From: Mobula hypostoma | Lineage: Eukaryota | Assembly: GCF_963921235.1 (NCBI RefSeq) | Contig: NC_086109.1 | Coordinates: 14,386,001 to 14,450,000 of the forward strand | Direction: 5' to 3' | DNA: 64,000 nucleotides | Shown here: piece after piece, positions 11,385-23,960 of the stretch | How the letters are laid out: each line of letters begins with the position of its first letter | How positions within the stretch are numbered: position 1 is the first letter of the stretch | Notes under the pieces: generated by a model | Database searches by the model: none | Told to the model about the DNA's origin: nothing | The model's input: the letters and a program-made list of their open reading frames with translations, nothing else | Position numbers and translations under genes: made by a program

Positions 11385-14300
11385 GGGCAGGTGAGCAGCC
11401 AGAGGCTGTGGTCCACGTCAGTTCCTATGACATGGATAACAGGAGTGACGAGCTCCTGCTAAGTGACTTTAGGGAGTTAGGTGCTAAGGTAAAGGACCGA
11501 AACTCCAGGGTTGTGATGTCAGCATTACTACCAGTGCCACGTGCAAGTGAGGCCAGAAATAGGAAGGTCAACAAGTTTACACATGGCTAAGGAGATGGTA
11601 CAGGAGGGTGGGCTTCAGATTTCTGGATCATTGGGCTCTGTTATAGGGAAGGTGGGACCTGTGCAAAGGGCTGGTTTGCACCTGAATGGGGAGGGACGGT
11701 CTGATATCCCAGTGGGAAGATTTGCTAGTTCTGTTTGGGGATGGGGTTAAACTAGATTAGTAGAGGAATGGGGACCAGAGTGCCAGAACAGACAGTGGAG
11801 TGGAGTGGTTGTGGAGAAAGAGGTTGTTAAGCCTACGTACAAAATCAGAAATCACAAAGATGAGCATGGTGGGACTAATGTTCTGAGTTGCATATATTTC
11901 AATGCAGTTGTAGGAAAGGTGAGTGAGCTTTGGGCACGGACAGCACGAGGAGTTATGACTGGCAGCTCAATGCCCATTGATGTGATAGAATAGGAGGGAT
12001 TAAAGGGGGACGGGTGGCATTACCAGTCAAGGAAAATGTCACGGCAGTGTTCAGACAGGACAGACTGGAGAGCTTGTCTAGTGTGGCTTTATGGGTGGAA
12101 CTGAGGAATAAGCAAGGTATGGTCATGTTAATGGGATTAGATTGTAGACCACCCAACAGTCCAGGGAATTAAGAGGAGCAAACTTGTAGAAATTGCAGAT
12201 TGTTGTAAGAAACATAAGGTTGTGATAGCAGGTGATTGGAACTTTCCAGATATTGGCTGGGACTCCAATACTGTAAAAGGACTAGATGGGAAAGTGTGAC
12301 AAATGTGTTCAGAAAAGTTTCCTTAATCAGTATGTAGAAGTCCCAACTAGAGAGATTGCAATACTAGATCTCCTATTAAGGAATAAAATAGGGTAGGATA
12401 CAAAAGTTTGTGTAGAGAAACACTTTACATCGAGAGATCATAATGCCATTGGTTTTGAGGTAGTTATGGAAAAAGATAGGTTTTAGGTTGAGAATCTAAA
12501 TTGGAGAATTGTTAATTTTGATGGAGTCAGAGAGAATCTGGCAAGTGTGGATTGGGACAGGTTGTTTTCTGGCAAAGGCGTACTTGGTAAGTGGGAGGTC
12601 TTCAAAGGTGAAATTTTGAGACGATACAATTTGTATGTCCCTTTCAGAATAAAAGGCAAGGATAGCAGGTTTGGTGAATCTTGGTTTTCTAGAGATATCA
12701 AGGCCCTGATTAAGAAAAAGAAAGAGGTGCATAGCAGGTATAGGCAAGCAGAGACAAATGAGGTACTTGAAGAGTATAAGAAATGCAAGAGAACAATTAA
12801 AAAGGAAAGTAGGCGGGCTAAAAGAAGGTACGAGGTTGTGCTACCAGACAAGGTGAATCTTAAGATCTTCTCTGGACATATTAAGAGCAAAAGGATAGCA
12901 AGGGATGAAATTGGTCCTCTGGAAGATAAGTGTGGTAATCAATGCGTGGGGCTGAAATAGATTGGAAGGATCATAAATGGATATTTGCGTCTGTATTTAC
13001 TTGGAACATAAAGTCAATAGAAGTGAGGCAAAGTAGTAACAAGGTCATGGACCCTATACCGATTACAGAGTAAGGGATATTTGTTGTCTTGAGGCAAATT
13101 AGGATAGGTAAGTCCTTAGGGTCTGGCAAGATGTTCCCTTGGTCCCTGTGGGAGCCCTAGCAGAGATATTTAAAACATCCTTAGCTACAGGTGAGGTGCC
13201 AGATGATTGGAAGATGACTAATGTTGTTGCTTTGTTTAAGAAAGACTAAGAATAAGACAGGAAATTATTGGTCAAGTGAGCCTTTCATCAGTAATAGAAA
13301 GTTACTGAAGGTTTGCTGAGGGATATTTGGATAGACAAACACTGATCAGGGATAGTCACATGGCTTTGTATGTGCAAGTGATATCTAACCAATCTTATAG
13401 AGTTTGTTGAGGAGGTTACCAGGAAAGTTGATGAAGGTAAGGCTGCAGACGGTATTTACATGGACTTCAGTAAGGCCTTTGACAAGGTCCTGCATGGGAG
13501 ATTGGTCAAGAATGTTCAGTCACTTGGCATTCGAGATGAGGTAATAAATTGGATTAGACATTGGCTTTGTGAGAGAAGCCAGAGAGTGGTAGTAGATGGT
13601 TGTCTCTCTGACAGGAGGCTGTGACTAATGGAGTGCCACAGGGATTGGTGCTCAGTCCGTTGTTTGTCATCTATATCAATGATCCGGATGATAATGTGGT
13701 TAACTGGATCAGCAAATTTGTGGAGGACACCAAGATTATGGGTGTAGTTCACAGCAAGGAAGACTATCAGAGCTTGCAGTGGGATCTGGTTTAGCTGGAA
13801 AAATGGGCTAAAAAATGGCAGATGGAATTTAAGGTAGACAAGTATGAAGCATGGGACTTTGGTAGGACCAACCAGGATAGGTCCTAAACAGTGAACGGTA
13901 GGGCACTGAAGAGTGGAGTAGAACAAGGGGATCTGGTAATACAGGTACATAATTCACTGAAAGTAGTGGCACAGGTAGATAGGGTTGTAAAGAAAGCTTT
14001 TAGTGCACTGGCCTTCATAAATGAAAGTACTGAGTACAGAAGATGGGACGTTCTGCTGAAGTTGTATAAGACAACTGTGAGGCCTAACTTAGAGTATTGT
14101 GTGCAGTTTTGGTCAGCTACCTACAGGAAAGATATAAGTAGGTTGAAAGAGTGTAGAGAAAAAAGTTGTTGCTGGACATGAGGAGTTGAGTTATAAGAAA
14201 AGGTTGAATAGGTTAAGACATTATTTCCTAGAATGTACAAGATTGAGGGGAGATTTGACAGAGGTATACAAAATTATGAGAGAGATATATATAGGGTCAA

Positions 14301-14610
14301 TGCAAGCAGGCTTTTTACACTGAGGTTGGGTGAGAATACATTTAGGTATCATGGGTTAAGGGTGAAAGGTGAAATGTTTAAGGGGAACATGAGGGGATCC
14401 TCTTCACTCAGAGGGTGGTGAGAGTGTGGAACAAGCTGCTAGTCCAAGTTGTGGATGCAGGCTCAACATTTAAGATAAGTTTAGGTAGGTACACAGATGA
14501 GAGGGGTATGGACGGCTATGATCTAGGTGCACATGGGACTGAGCAGATTAATGCTTCAGCACAGACTAAATGAGCTGAAGAGCCTGCTTCTGTGTGATAA
14601 TATTCTATGA
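11385..14610 (+). mobile_element. Decayed, 5'-truncated CR1 LINE (ORF1 esterase part, endonuclease, RT)
   Basis: ORF fragments VVHV...FRELG...SRVV.S.LLPVPRAS (SGNH-esterase ORF1), DWDRLFSGKGV.GKWE.FK, YMDFSKAFDKV, VRPNLEYCVQFWS; many stops and frameshifts. Confidence 0.92.
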
Positions 14611-15432
14611 CTATATGGCATAATGAAACACACAAAATTCTGGAGGAGCAGCAGCTTATCTGACTTTCTGAATTCCTTCAGCATTTTGTGTGCGTTGCTA
14701 TGGGTTTCCGGCATCTGCAGAATCTCTTCAAAGTCACAGAACATTTATTATCAAAGTATGTAATGTACGTACAAGCCTGAGATTCATCTCCTTACAGGAA
14801 GCCACAAAACGAAGAAACCCAATAGAACTCATTAAAAAAAAGACTGTCAAACATCCAACATGCAGGAAAAAAAAACAAATCGTAGAAGCAATAAAAACAA
14901 GCATGCAATTGAAGTTGATGAAAGTGAGTCCCCAGCTACAAAGCCAGACATCACTGCAGCCGATCCAGTTGCCCATCAGTTGCAGGCCACAGTCTCAGTT
15001 CAGTGCAGAGAGGAGTAAACCTTGCAGAGCAGTGAGCTGAGCCAGCCCAACTCTTGCCTCCAGCCCCGGTACCCTGACTTTTTCACTCTTGCCTGGCAGT
15101 TAAATCATCCAAACCTCGATTAGCGTTAAACATAGGGCGAAATGTGTCGCTTGTGCTTTCAACCAACCCAAGGGTATGCTGGGTATAGCCTACAAGTGTC
15201 GCCACATATTCTGGCTCCAACACAGCATGCCCGCAATTCCCAGCAGAACAACACACAGCACAACAAGCAACAGAACAATTCTGATTCATTATCTATTGTA
15301 TGCCTACAAAACCCATTGCATTCCTCAATGACGCTTCAAATAGGAGCTGCTGTGTAAACCTGCATTCTTATTTATGGCATTTTGTGCTTCCCATTGTTTT
15401 TGATTTCATCACCCATTGTATTCAATTCCAGT

Positions 15433-15438
15433 TTTATT
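15433..15438 (-). terminator. Candidate poly(A) signal for GOLT1
   Basis: AATAAA on the minus strand in non-repetitive sequence ~950 nt past the stop codon. Other sites are possible. Confidence 0.25.
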
Positions 15439-16391
15439 CCCTGTGGACTCAACATCTAAAAGCAATACTTCTTTTTCCCCACAGTCCCATCTTGTCCGCT
15501 GACCTACGGTGACTTATTCAGCAACAATGACGGCAACTTGCTTTGACATTACTTTGTCAACATTGTAAAAAGAATGAGCTGCGTCATTTAGGGATTATGA
15601 AAGAAGACAATGAATATTAGGCAGTATCTGGAGAGGTAAGCAAATGGTGAGTAATAAAGGTTGATTTTAAGGACTATTTTACTGCAGTGGAAAAGACAAA
15701 CAGGTGGAGTGATTTATGGACGGAATTTCGGAGGTTAGGACCCAATGCTAAAGACTCAGTAGGTGGAGTGATGAGATCATGAGACACGGAGCAGAGTTAG
15801 GCCATTCAGTTTATTGAGTCTGTTCTGCTATTTGATTGTGGCTATTTTATTTTCCCTCTCAACCCCCATTCTCCCTATAACCTCTGACACCCTTACTAAT
15901 CAAGAACCTATCAATCTCCATACTTAATGACTTGGCCTCCACACCTGTATGTGGCATTATATTCTACACATACCCCACCCTCTGGCTAAAGAAATCCTTC
16001 CTTCTCTCTGTTCTAAAGGGAATTCCTTCTAATTTGAGGTTGTGCCAAAACTGGAGGCACTCAGGAATCTCAGAGGTTTCCAAAGCAGGAAGAGATTGCT
16101 GATTGGAAGAGTTGTAGGCCAGGGCAAGATTGAACACAAGGATGGCAATTTTAAAATTCTGGTTGCTAAACGAGAAACTGAGAAAGTTTAGTGAGCGAGG
16201 AGATTTGCACAAATGGAAATGAGAGTGAAACCATATTGAAATTCACAGCTTTTCCTGAAACTTGTATGGAACCAAAGTTCATTTTATAGATAATGGCAGT
16301 CCAGATCCAGACACTGTGCAGTGAAGCTGTTTTTATAACCAGGTAAAGTTCTCTTTAACTCCTTATTTGGGAATGTTTCCTTGTGTTGTCT

Positions 16392-16430
16392 TCATACTTC
16401 AGAGCCTCTCTCACTAAATCTCTTCAATAT
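16392..16430 (-). CDS. golt1a: GOLT1 terminal coding exon 5 (ILKRFSERGSEV-stop)
   Basis: Strong acceptor ttttcacatttttgtttcctttttctag|ATA TTG AAG ... GAA GTA TGA. 12 aa ending in Val, the same length and terminal residue as GOLT1A/B last exons. Confidence 0.85.
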   Translation of the reverse strand: MLKRFSERGSEV

Positions 16431-16650
16431 CTAGAAAAAGGAAACAAAAATGTGAAAACAACATTGATAAGCTTCTTCTCCTTCCACATTCTCCTCTTTC
16501 CCTGAGTCCCAGCTTGAAGAAAGCTTACTTTTCCCTCCTGTATTCAAATATATAAAGGAGAAAGACGTGTGTGTCCATTCGGCACTATTGGATTCATTCA
16601 CATTTCACAACAGATTTATTTATCACATGTACAGTACATCAAAACATATG

Positions 16651-16860
16651 CAGCTGGTGATGTAGTGGCATCCACACCAGACTTCAAGGCGAGTGATCCT
16701 GGGTTCGAATCCGGCCAGTTCTTTACACACTTTCCATCCGTGCTGGGGTTGAGCGTCGAGCTAGCAACTTGGCCTCATAAAAAACAGATAAATACAAAAG
16801 AGACGGCAAAGTTGCTGCCCAATGCGCCACAAGGGACGATGAGGAACCTAACTCAACAAC
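16651..16860 (+). mobile_element. tRNA-derived SINE
   Basis: A-box tggtgatgtagtgg and B-box gggttcgaatcc followed by a non-tRNA body. Confidence 0.65.
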
Positions 16861-17079
16861 ATCAAAACCTATAGTGAAAAGCATCAATTAAGTTCACTGC
16901 CCAGTTAAAATTATTCTGTTATGGGTCTCCTAGTGAATTGAGTACATTCCTGTACTTGAGTGTAGATTCTGTGATCAGAAGAAGAAAAGGTTTGATTCAA
17001 AACCCTGGTTGTAAAGGTGAAAAAATAAAATAACAACCTTTTCTCAAAATGCTGTCTTATAATCAAACAGACTCTCAAA

Positions 17080-17430
17080 CAGGTATACAAGATAATGAGA
17101 GGCACTGATCGTGTGGATAGTCAGAGGCTTTTTCCCAGGGTTGAAATGGCTAGCACGAGAGGGCACAGTTTTAAGGTGCTTGGAAGTCGATACAGAGGAG
17201 ATGTTAGGGGTAAGTTCTTTTATGCAGAGAGTGATGAGTGCGTGGAATGGGCTGCCGGTGGCGGTAGTGGAGGGTCTTTCAAGAGGCTTCTGGATAAGTA
17301 CATGGAGCTTAGAAAAATAGAGGGCTATGGGTAAGCCTAGGTAGTTCTAAGGTAAGGACATGTTCGGCACAGCTTTTTGGGTCAAAGGGCCTGTATTGTG
17401 CTGTAGGTCTTCTATGTTCAATGTTCTAGA
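17080..17430 (+). mobile_element. CR1 LINE 3' fragment
   Basis: MRG.DRVDSQRLFPR.EMASTRGHSFKVLGSRYRGD and CR1 tail tctatgttc. Confidence 0.9.
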
Positions 17431-17896
17431 CCCACAAGTGATGCTTCTGTTAAATACAAGAGATTGGGGTGCTGAAGATTGTCCACTCTTTCAGTAAAAT
17501 GTTCGGCCAAGACCCTGTGTACTCCTGCATGTTAATGATACCATTAATCCTTTAAAAAAGGGGCATGGATTTCTAATCAATAGCTACCCATTAACCAAAC
17601 TTGTCCTTCTATCATTGATTATCTTGCTGTTAGTGGGACCATGGCAGAAGCTGTTGCATTTTCTCTCTAGAGTGACTCCATCAGAACAAACTTCGGTGGA
17701 TATAAAGCACTATGGTTAGTAGAATGGCAGTGAAATGTACTATATTATTATTCATTCTTTTTTCCTCTCTATGCAGTGTTATAATCTATAGTAATGTCAG
17801 TCAGGCATAGGTTCCCATATTTATCTAACGCACGCTATGCGTACAAATCACGTCATAGATGTAAGTGTATGCGTAAAGGAGTTATTGATATTGTTT

Positions 17897-18520
17897 TAGA
17901 AACATAGAAAACCTGAAGCACCAGACAGGCCCTTCAGCCCACAATGCTGTGCTGAACATGTCCTTACCTTAGAAATTACCTAGGGTTCCCCATAGCCCTC
18001 TATTTTTCTGAGCTCCATGTACCGGTCCAGGAGTCTCTTAAAAGACCCTATTGTATCCACCTCCACCACCATTGCTGGCAGCCCATTCCACGCACTCACC
18101 ACTCTCTGCATAAAAAACTTACCCCTGATATCTCCTCTGTACCTACTTCCAAGCACCTTAATACTGTGCCCTCTCGTGCTAGCCATTTCAGCTCTGGGAA
18201 AAAGCCTCTGACTATCCACATGATCAATACCTCTCATCATCTTACACACTTCTATCAGGTCACCTCTCATCCTCCGTCACTCTAAGGAAAGAAGGCTGAG
18301 TTTACTCAACCTATTTTCATAAGGCATGCTCCCCAGTCCAGGCAACATCCCTGTAAATCTCCTCTGCACCCTTTCTATGGTTTTCAGATCCTTCCTATAG
18401 TGAGGTGACCAGAACTGAGCACAATACTCCAGTGGGGTCTGACCAGGGTCCTAGATAGCTGCAACATTATCTTTTGGCCCCGAAACTCAATCCCACGATT
18501 GATAAAGGCCAATGTACCAT
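17897..18520 (-). mobile_element. CR1 LINE 3' fragment, same subfamily as 17080-17430, opposite orientation
   Basis: ORF 17980-18270 is nearly identical in translation to ORF 17095-17334. Confidence 0.9.
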
Positions 18521-19099
18521 TTTAAAACTTTTAAAAATAAGCATCCTTTTCAAACTTTTTGATAACTATTAAATGGCTTGTGGATTGCAAGCCTCAAATA
18601 GTTGACCACACCAACAAAAGAGGTGTGGCATTATAGGAACAATAAAGCCCTCCTCCAGCACTTAGTGTGTGTAACTAGTAGAGCTGTTGCCTCATAGTGC
18701 CAGTCACCCAGTTCAATCCTGGTTGCAGGGGCTATCTATGTGGAATTTACTGGCTTTCCTTGTGACCCTGTGGGTTTCTTCTAGATGTTCTGATTTCCTC
18801 CAAACGTGACAAATGTTTATAGGTTAATTGCCCACCGTAATTTCCCTCATATGTGGTTAGTAGTAGAATCTGGGACCGTAGGAAGTAATAAATGGGATTA
18901 TTGTAGGATAGTGCGAATGTGTTTGATGATTGGTGTGGACACAATGGGCCAAAAGGCTTGTATGATTTTATAACTGAAAGAATATTATAAACCGTTTTAT
19001 AGAGAAAACTTGTTGAATCAAACACAAGAGTTACTTGGACTCTCTGTTACTGAGGAAATCAAAAGGGACTGGAAGATTCAGCGGGAATTCCTTCTGTTA

Positions 19100-19440
19100 A
19101 AACACAACCCCAGCCTCAGTCCACTCAAACGATGGCAACCATAACAGTGCACCCACTTTCACGTTGCTTCGGTTCAGAACACATGTTCGCAAATGGGCAG
19201 TGACGTCTTGTTCAAGGTGGCCATAAAAGACCAGTAATTCAGAAAAGAAGGTGAAGGAAGTATGCTTGTCCTGGTACTTCCCAACCTTCTCACAACCAGT
19301 CACTCAAATCAGCTATTCAGTCATTTACCTCACTAGTGCCAGTGGGATCTTGCTGTGCATACATTGATAGCCCGCTTCTTTAAGGACAGCAATGAACGTG
19401 TTTGAATATACGCTGTACTTCTCTTGATAGGAGGGTGTTT
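19100..19440 (+). mobile_element. Ancient Deu-domain SINE remnant (SacSINE1/AmnSINE1-like)
   Basis: gtgggatcttgctgtgca core preceded by ggtggccataaaaga...gtcctgg...cagtcatt. Similar remnants at ~17430-17760 and ~41850-42070. Match is to the consensus as I remember it. Confidence 0.5.
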
Positions 19441-19489
19441 AGAGTCATTTTGTGGCCAAGGAATTTGCTACAAGAACAAATCTACCGTA

Positions 19490-19930
19490 GGTAGAACAGG
19501 TGAAGGGCTGGAGAAGAAGGAATCTGATAGGAAAGTGGAGCATGGAAGAAAGGGAAAGAGGAGTGGGAGGGGCCAGAGTTAGGCTCCTCACCTGCCTATC
19601 ACACCACCACCCCCTCCGCCCAATGCCTCTCCTCTCCCCCTTTCTCCCATGGCTCCCATGGTCCACTCTCCTATTAGATTCCTTCTTTTTTCCACCTACC
19701 ACCTCCATATTTCTCACCTCATTCCCCTTCCCCCACCCAGCTACCTTGCCCCTCAACTGGCTTTACCTATCACTTTCCAGCATGCACTCCTTCCTCTTCC
19801 CCCACCTCTCATTTGGGATTCTACCCCCCTTCCTTTCCAGCCCTGATGAAAGGTTGCAGGCCAAAACATCGACTGTTTCTCCTCCACAGTTGCTGCCTGA
19901 CTTGCCGAGCTTCTGAAGCATTTTTTGTGT
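19490..19930. mobile_element. Penelope-like terminal-repeat fragment with internal inversion
   Basis: gaaggaatctgatagga...catgg (19500-19570) is inverted relative to ccatgg...tcctattagattccttc (19645-19700); ends cctgatgaa...tgctgcctgac...gcattttttgtgt. Related pieces at 9945-10112, 14625-14730 and 57740-57870. Confidence 0.55.
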
Positions 19931-20743
19931 AATAGAAGCAGGGTAAGGCCATTCAATTTTTCATGCCTGCTCTGTTCATTCTTTTCTGGTGCCATTTGCA
20001 CAATTTGTTTCTCTTTGCATGTAGGGGGAGGAGTGATTGATGTTTTTCTTTCAACAGATTACAGTAGGTATTCCTTTACCTCAGGCCCACATTCCTCAAA
20101 AAGCCCCATCCCTTCATTTGCTTCATATCTGAAACCCTAATGATCCCTCTCTAGAATATACCCAATGTCTGAGTCTCCAGAGCCCCTGTGCATAGAAAAT
20201 TCTAGACTCACAGTCTGCTCTGTGAAGTAATTTCTTCTCATCTCATTTCTACAGAGATGAGACCTTATCTTTTCTACTGTGACCCCAAGTCTCAACACCA
20301 CCCGAAGGAAATGTTGGCACCACATCTATCCTGTCAAGTTACATAAAATTTTATATTTTTGGTTTACTTTATTTTATTTAGGGATACTTTAGAGTAACTC
20401 GCCCCTCTGTCCCAATAAACCTGCGCGTCCCAATTATACCCATGTGACAAATTAACCTACTAACCCATACGTCTTTGGAATGTGGGAGGAAACCAGACCA
20501 CCTGGAGGAAATCCAAGTGCTCACCAAGTGAACTTACATTATCCTCATAGATGGCTGTAGAATTGAATCTGTTGTAACAGGATTATGCTATTTCAATAAG
20601 ATTGTCTCTCAAAATTAAAATCGTAAAGTTATAAAGGCATGCAACAAATAAACGGGCTTGTCAGTCAATTGACCCCATAACAATCTTCAAAGACCTGTTT
20701 GTACTCAACTTACATCAGCCTCATTTTATTCTCCCGATATCCC

Positions 20744-23700
20744 TGTTTTGTTTTGTAATTCCAAAACATAAAACTAATTGCAAGAAAAGGCAGGAAGCCA
20801 GGAGAGTGTTTCTTAGTTTTGTTTTTACTTTAAGTGAGGCATGTGCATATGACATGGTGGCATAATGACGTACGCCATTCACGTACTTTTACATATAACC
20901 AGTAATGAATTATACAAACAAACAAAAATGCTTTATCAAACAATATATTTACAATATTACTGAAATACTAAATACACAACACTCCTCCCTGCTTGGCTAT
21001 GAATTCCAACTCGATGTAGAATGCAACTCAACTCAAATTTGGAATGTTTTGCTCTACATTCATATATACTATACAGTGTACATACTGTATACTACTGTGT
21101 ATAGTACAACTACATCCACAGAACAGTAGATGTTAAATTGTGCAATTCAGACATAAAGATTTAATCACTGTAGAGGATTTCTTACTCTTGTGGGACAACA
21201 TCTTTCCTGACAGGGGTGGTGGGGGTCACTCTGCTTGGCAGGAGAGACTTGAGGCTGTGAGACAATCTCAGCTTCTGGGACCTCCTCTGTGGTAGTTGTA
21301 GGAGTTGACTCTGGGACTGTAGGAATTGGTTCTAACAGCTTTGGACACTTTTCTTCGGGACATGTTGATATCTCAAACAATTCACACTGGTTGCGTCATG
21401 CTCTGAGACCATAATCATCTAATCCTTTTAACACTGACTTGAGATTTTGGAAATGTTCCTTGTCATCCTTACTGGTAACAATGATGTCATCCAGAACACT
21501 GAATGCCTGGACATAGATTTCTGCCAGAGTGCAGGTGCAGACGCTACGCCAAAAGTTACCACTAGTTACCTCTGATATGTTTGAGTTTTCAATGCCATTC
21601 TTCAACATTGCAGTGGCATGATCCAGTACCTTTCTTAAATCACTTTCTGTTGACTCCATTACAGAAGATGTGGCATGCAAATAATGGATGGATCTATATT
21701 CAAGTTACAGTTGTCTCAGAAAATCATGTTCCCACAATACTAGCCTCCTGTTTTTACCAATGCAAGCCCAATGTGTCTGGTTGGTTGTTGTATTTCACTG
21801 TTACAAACGCCATTCCCACAGGAGTTACCTTTTCTCCAGTATAAGTTCTTACTTGGGTATCTACAGGCTTCAGTTCAGTATCTTTGAAATGCCAATCAAA
21901 CTGAGCACGGGGGCCCCCCAGGGCTGTGTGCTCAGTACACTGCTGTTCACTCTGCTGACCCACTGCTGTGCAAAAATACACAGCTCGAATCACATCATCA
22001 AGTTCACCAGTGACACGACTGTGGTGGGTCTCATCAGCAAGAACGATGAGTCAGCATAGAAAGAGGAGGTGCAATGGCTAACAGACTGGTGCAGAGCCAA
22101 CAACGTGTGTCTGAATGTGAACAAAACAAAAGAGATTGTTGTTGACTTCAGGAGAGCACGGAGCTACCACTCTCCACTGAACATTGACGGCTCCTCCATT
22201 GAGATCGTTAAGAGAACCAAATTTCTTGGTGTTCACCTGGCGGAGAATCTCACCTGGTCCCTCAACACCAGCTTCATAGCCAAGAAAGCCCAACAGTGTC
22301 TCTGCTTTCTGTGAAGGCTGAGAAAAGTCCATCTCCCACCCCTATCCTCAGCACATTCTACAGAGGTTGTATCAAGAGCATTCTGAGCAGCTGCATCACT
22401 GCCTGGTTCAGGAATTGCACCGTCTCGGATAGCAAGACCCCGCAGCGGATAGTGAGGTCAGCTGAGATCATCATCAGGGTCTCTCTTCCCGCTATTACAG
22501 ATGTTTACACCACATGCTGCACCTCCAAAGCTAACAATATTGTGAAGGGCCCCACGCACCCCTCATACAAACTCTTCTCCCTCCTGCCATCTGGCAAAAG
22601 GTAACGAAGCATTCGGGCTCTCATGACCAGACTGTGCAACAGTTTCTTCCCCCAAGCCATCAGACTCCTCAATACTCAGAGTCTAGACTGATATATACAT
22701 CATTTATTATTATATTGTAATTTGCCCTCTACTGTGCCTATTGTCTTGTTTATTAATTATTGTATCACCCTGCACTGTTTTGTGCACTTTGTGTAGTCCT
22801 GTGCAGGTCTGTAGTCTAGTGCAGTTTTTATGTTTATTTTACGTAGTCTAGTGTAGCCTTGAGCTGTCTCACATAATCTAGTGTAGTTTTGTTTGTTTCA
22901 TGTAGCACCAGCATCCTGGAGAAATGTTGTTTCGTTTTTACTGAGTTCTGTACCAGCAGCTTATGGTCGAAATGACAATAAGCTTGACTCGATTTGACTT
23001 GGAAAAAAAACTAATTTTGTGAAATAACTGAAACAGCTGAACCAGTGTCCATTTCCACTTTAATAGACAAACCATATTGTTAGTTTTACACTGCAGATCT
23101 CAAGGTTACATTCCTGTGTCACTCTCATCATAATCAGAATTTTCATCAATAGCATGCAGATTAGTGCTCGGTTTGAAACTGCAACTTGACTTTTTATGTT
23201 TTTCTCATCCCTGAACAGTCCATTTATTGTTATCTACCCAGCATGCTGTTTGTTCATGTCCTACCTTGTTGTATTTTCTGTAAGTTTCACCTTTAAATCT
23301 GCATTGGTCTGGTGTATGTGAGCCCCTGCCACAATGGTAACACATTTGTCTAGTTAGGCCGGTTTCTGCCTAGACATTGCAGTTTTGCTCACACTCATTT
23401 TCATTTCTGACTGCAATTGTGTCTATGTCTGCTATTTCCATTGATACAGCTATTTCAACTGTTCTTTTAAATGTAAGTTGTGCTTCAGTTAGGAGCTGTT
23501 TTGATACCACAAATTAAAAGATCATTAAACCCATTATTGAATTGACAATGCTTAGACAACTTCCACATGCTGCAGAAATGGGCTCGCATTCTTTTAAATT
23601 CCACTTATGAAACCTAAAGCATTCTGCAATGAACAATGGTTTTGGTCCTAAATTTTCCTGCATTACACTTGTGATATCAGCAAAACTCATTTCTGCTGGT

Positions 23701-23960
23701 TTGGTTGAAGCAATCAAACATCTAAACAAACTGTATGCCTTCAAATCCAATACACTCAGCAAAATTGATACTCATTTCTCATTGGCTATTTCATTTGCTT
23801 GAAAATGCTGCCCAATTAGTTCAGTATACAAAATCGAGTTGGATCTTATGCAATCAAACACGTCAGTCTTTCTGATATAGCCAGCCATTTCTGCTCTTTT
23901 TTAAATGTATGATTATTGTCACCCAGTATTCATTGTTTATGAACCCGTGAATAGTCCATT
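20744..23960 (-). mobile_element. Internally deleted Gypsy/Ty3 LTR retrotransposon
   Basis: Minus strand: gag (LSVL..KAYSL....KPAE.SF....PKPL.IAE.FRFHK), protease MDTGSAVSVI (~23050), RT LDDIIVT (~21490), purine tract agggaggag (20982-20990) and a TG...CA LTR at 20744-20981. Confidence 0.88.
21896..23010 (+). mobile_element. 5'-truncated Rex1/Babar LINE nested in the Gypsy protease region
   Basis: LSTGAPQGCVLS.LLFTLLTH, IIKF..DTTVVGLIS, LNVNKTKE.VVDFRR, FSLLPSGKR; tail aataaagcttgactcgatttgacttg. Confidence 0.92.

Noticed and set aside
1..16390. Kisspeptin (YNxNSFGLRY / FNxNPFGLRF) or spexin (NWTPQAMLYLKG) coding exon expected from synteny
   Set aside because: I read the unique stretches on the minus strand and found no such peptide. 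A tBLASTn search would be needed to exclude a diverged copy.
19195..19265. Plus-strand promoter (TGACGTC ... CATAAAA)
   Set aside because: The CATAAAA lies within what appears to be a Deu-SINE remnant.
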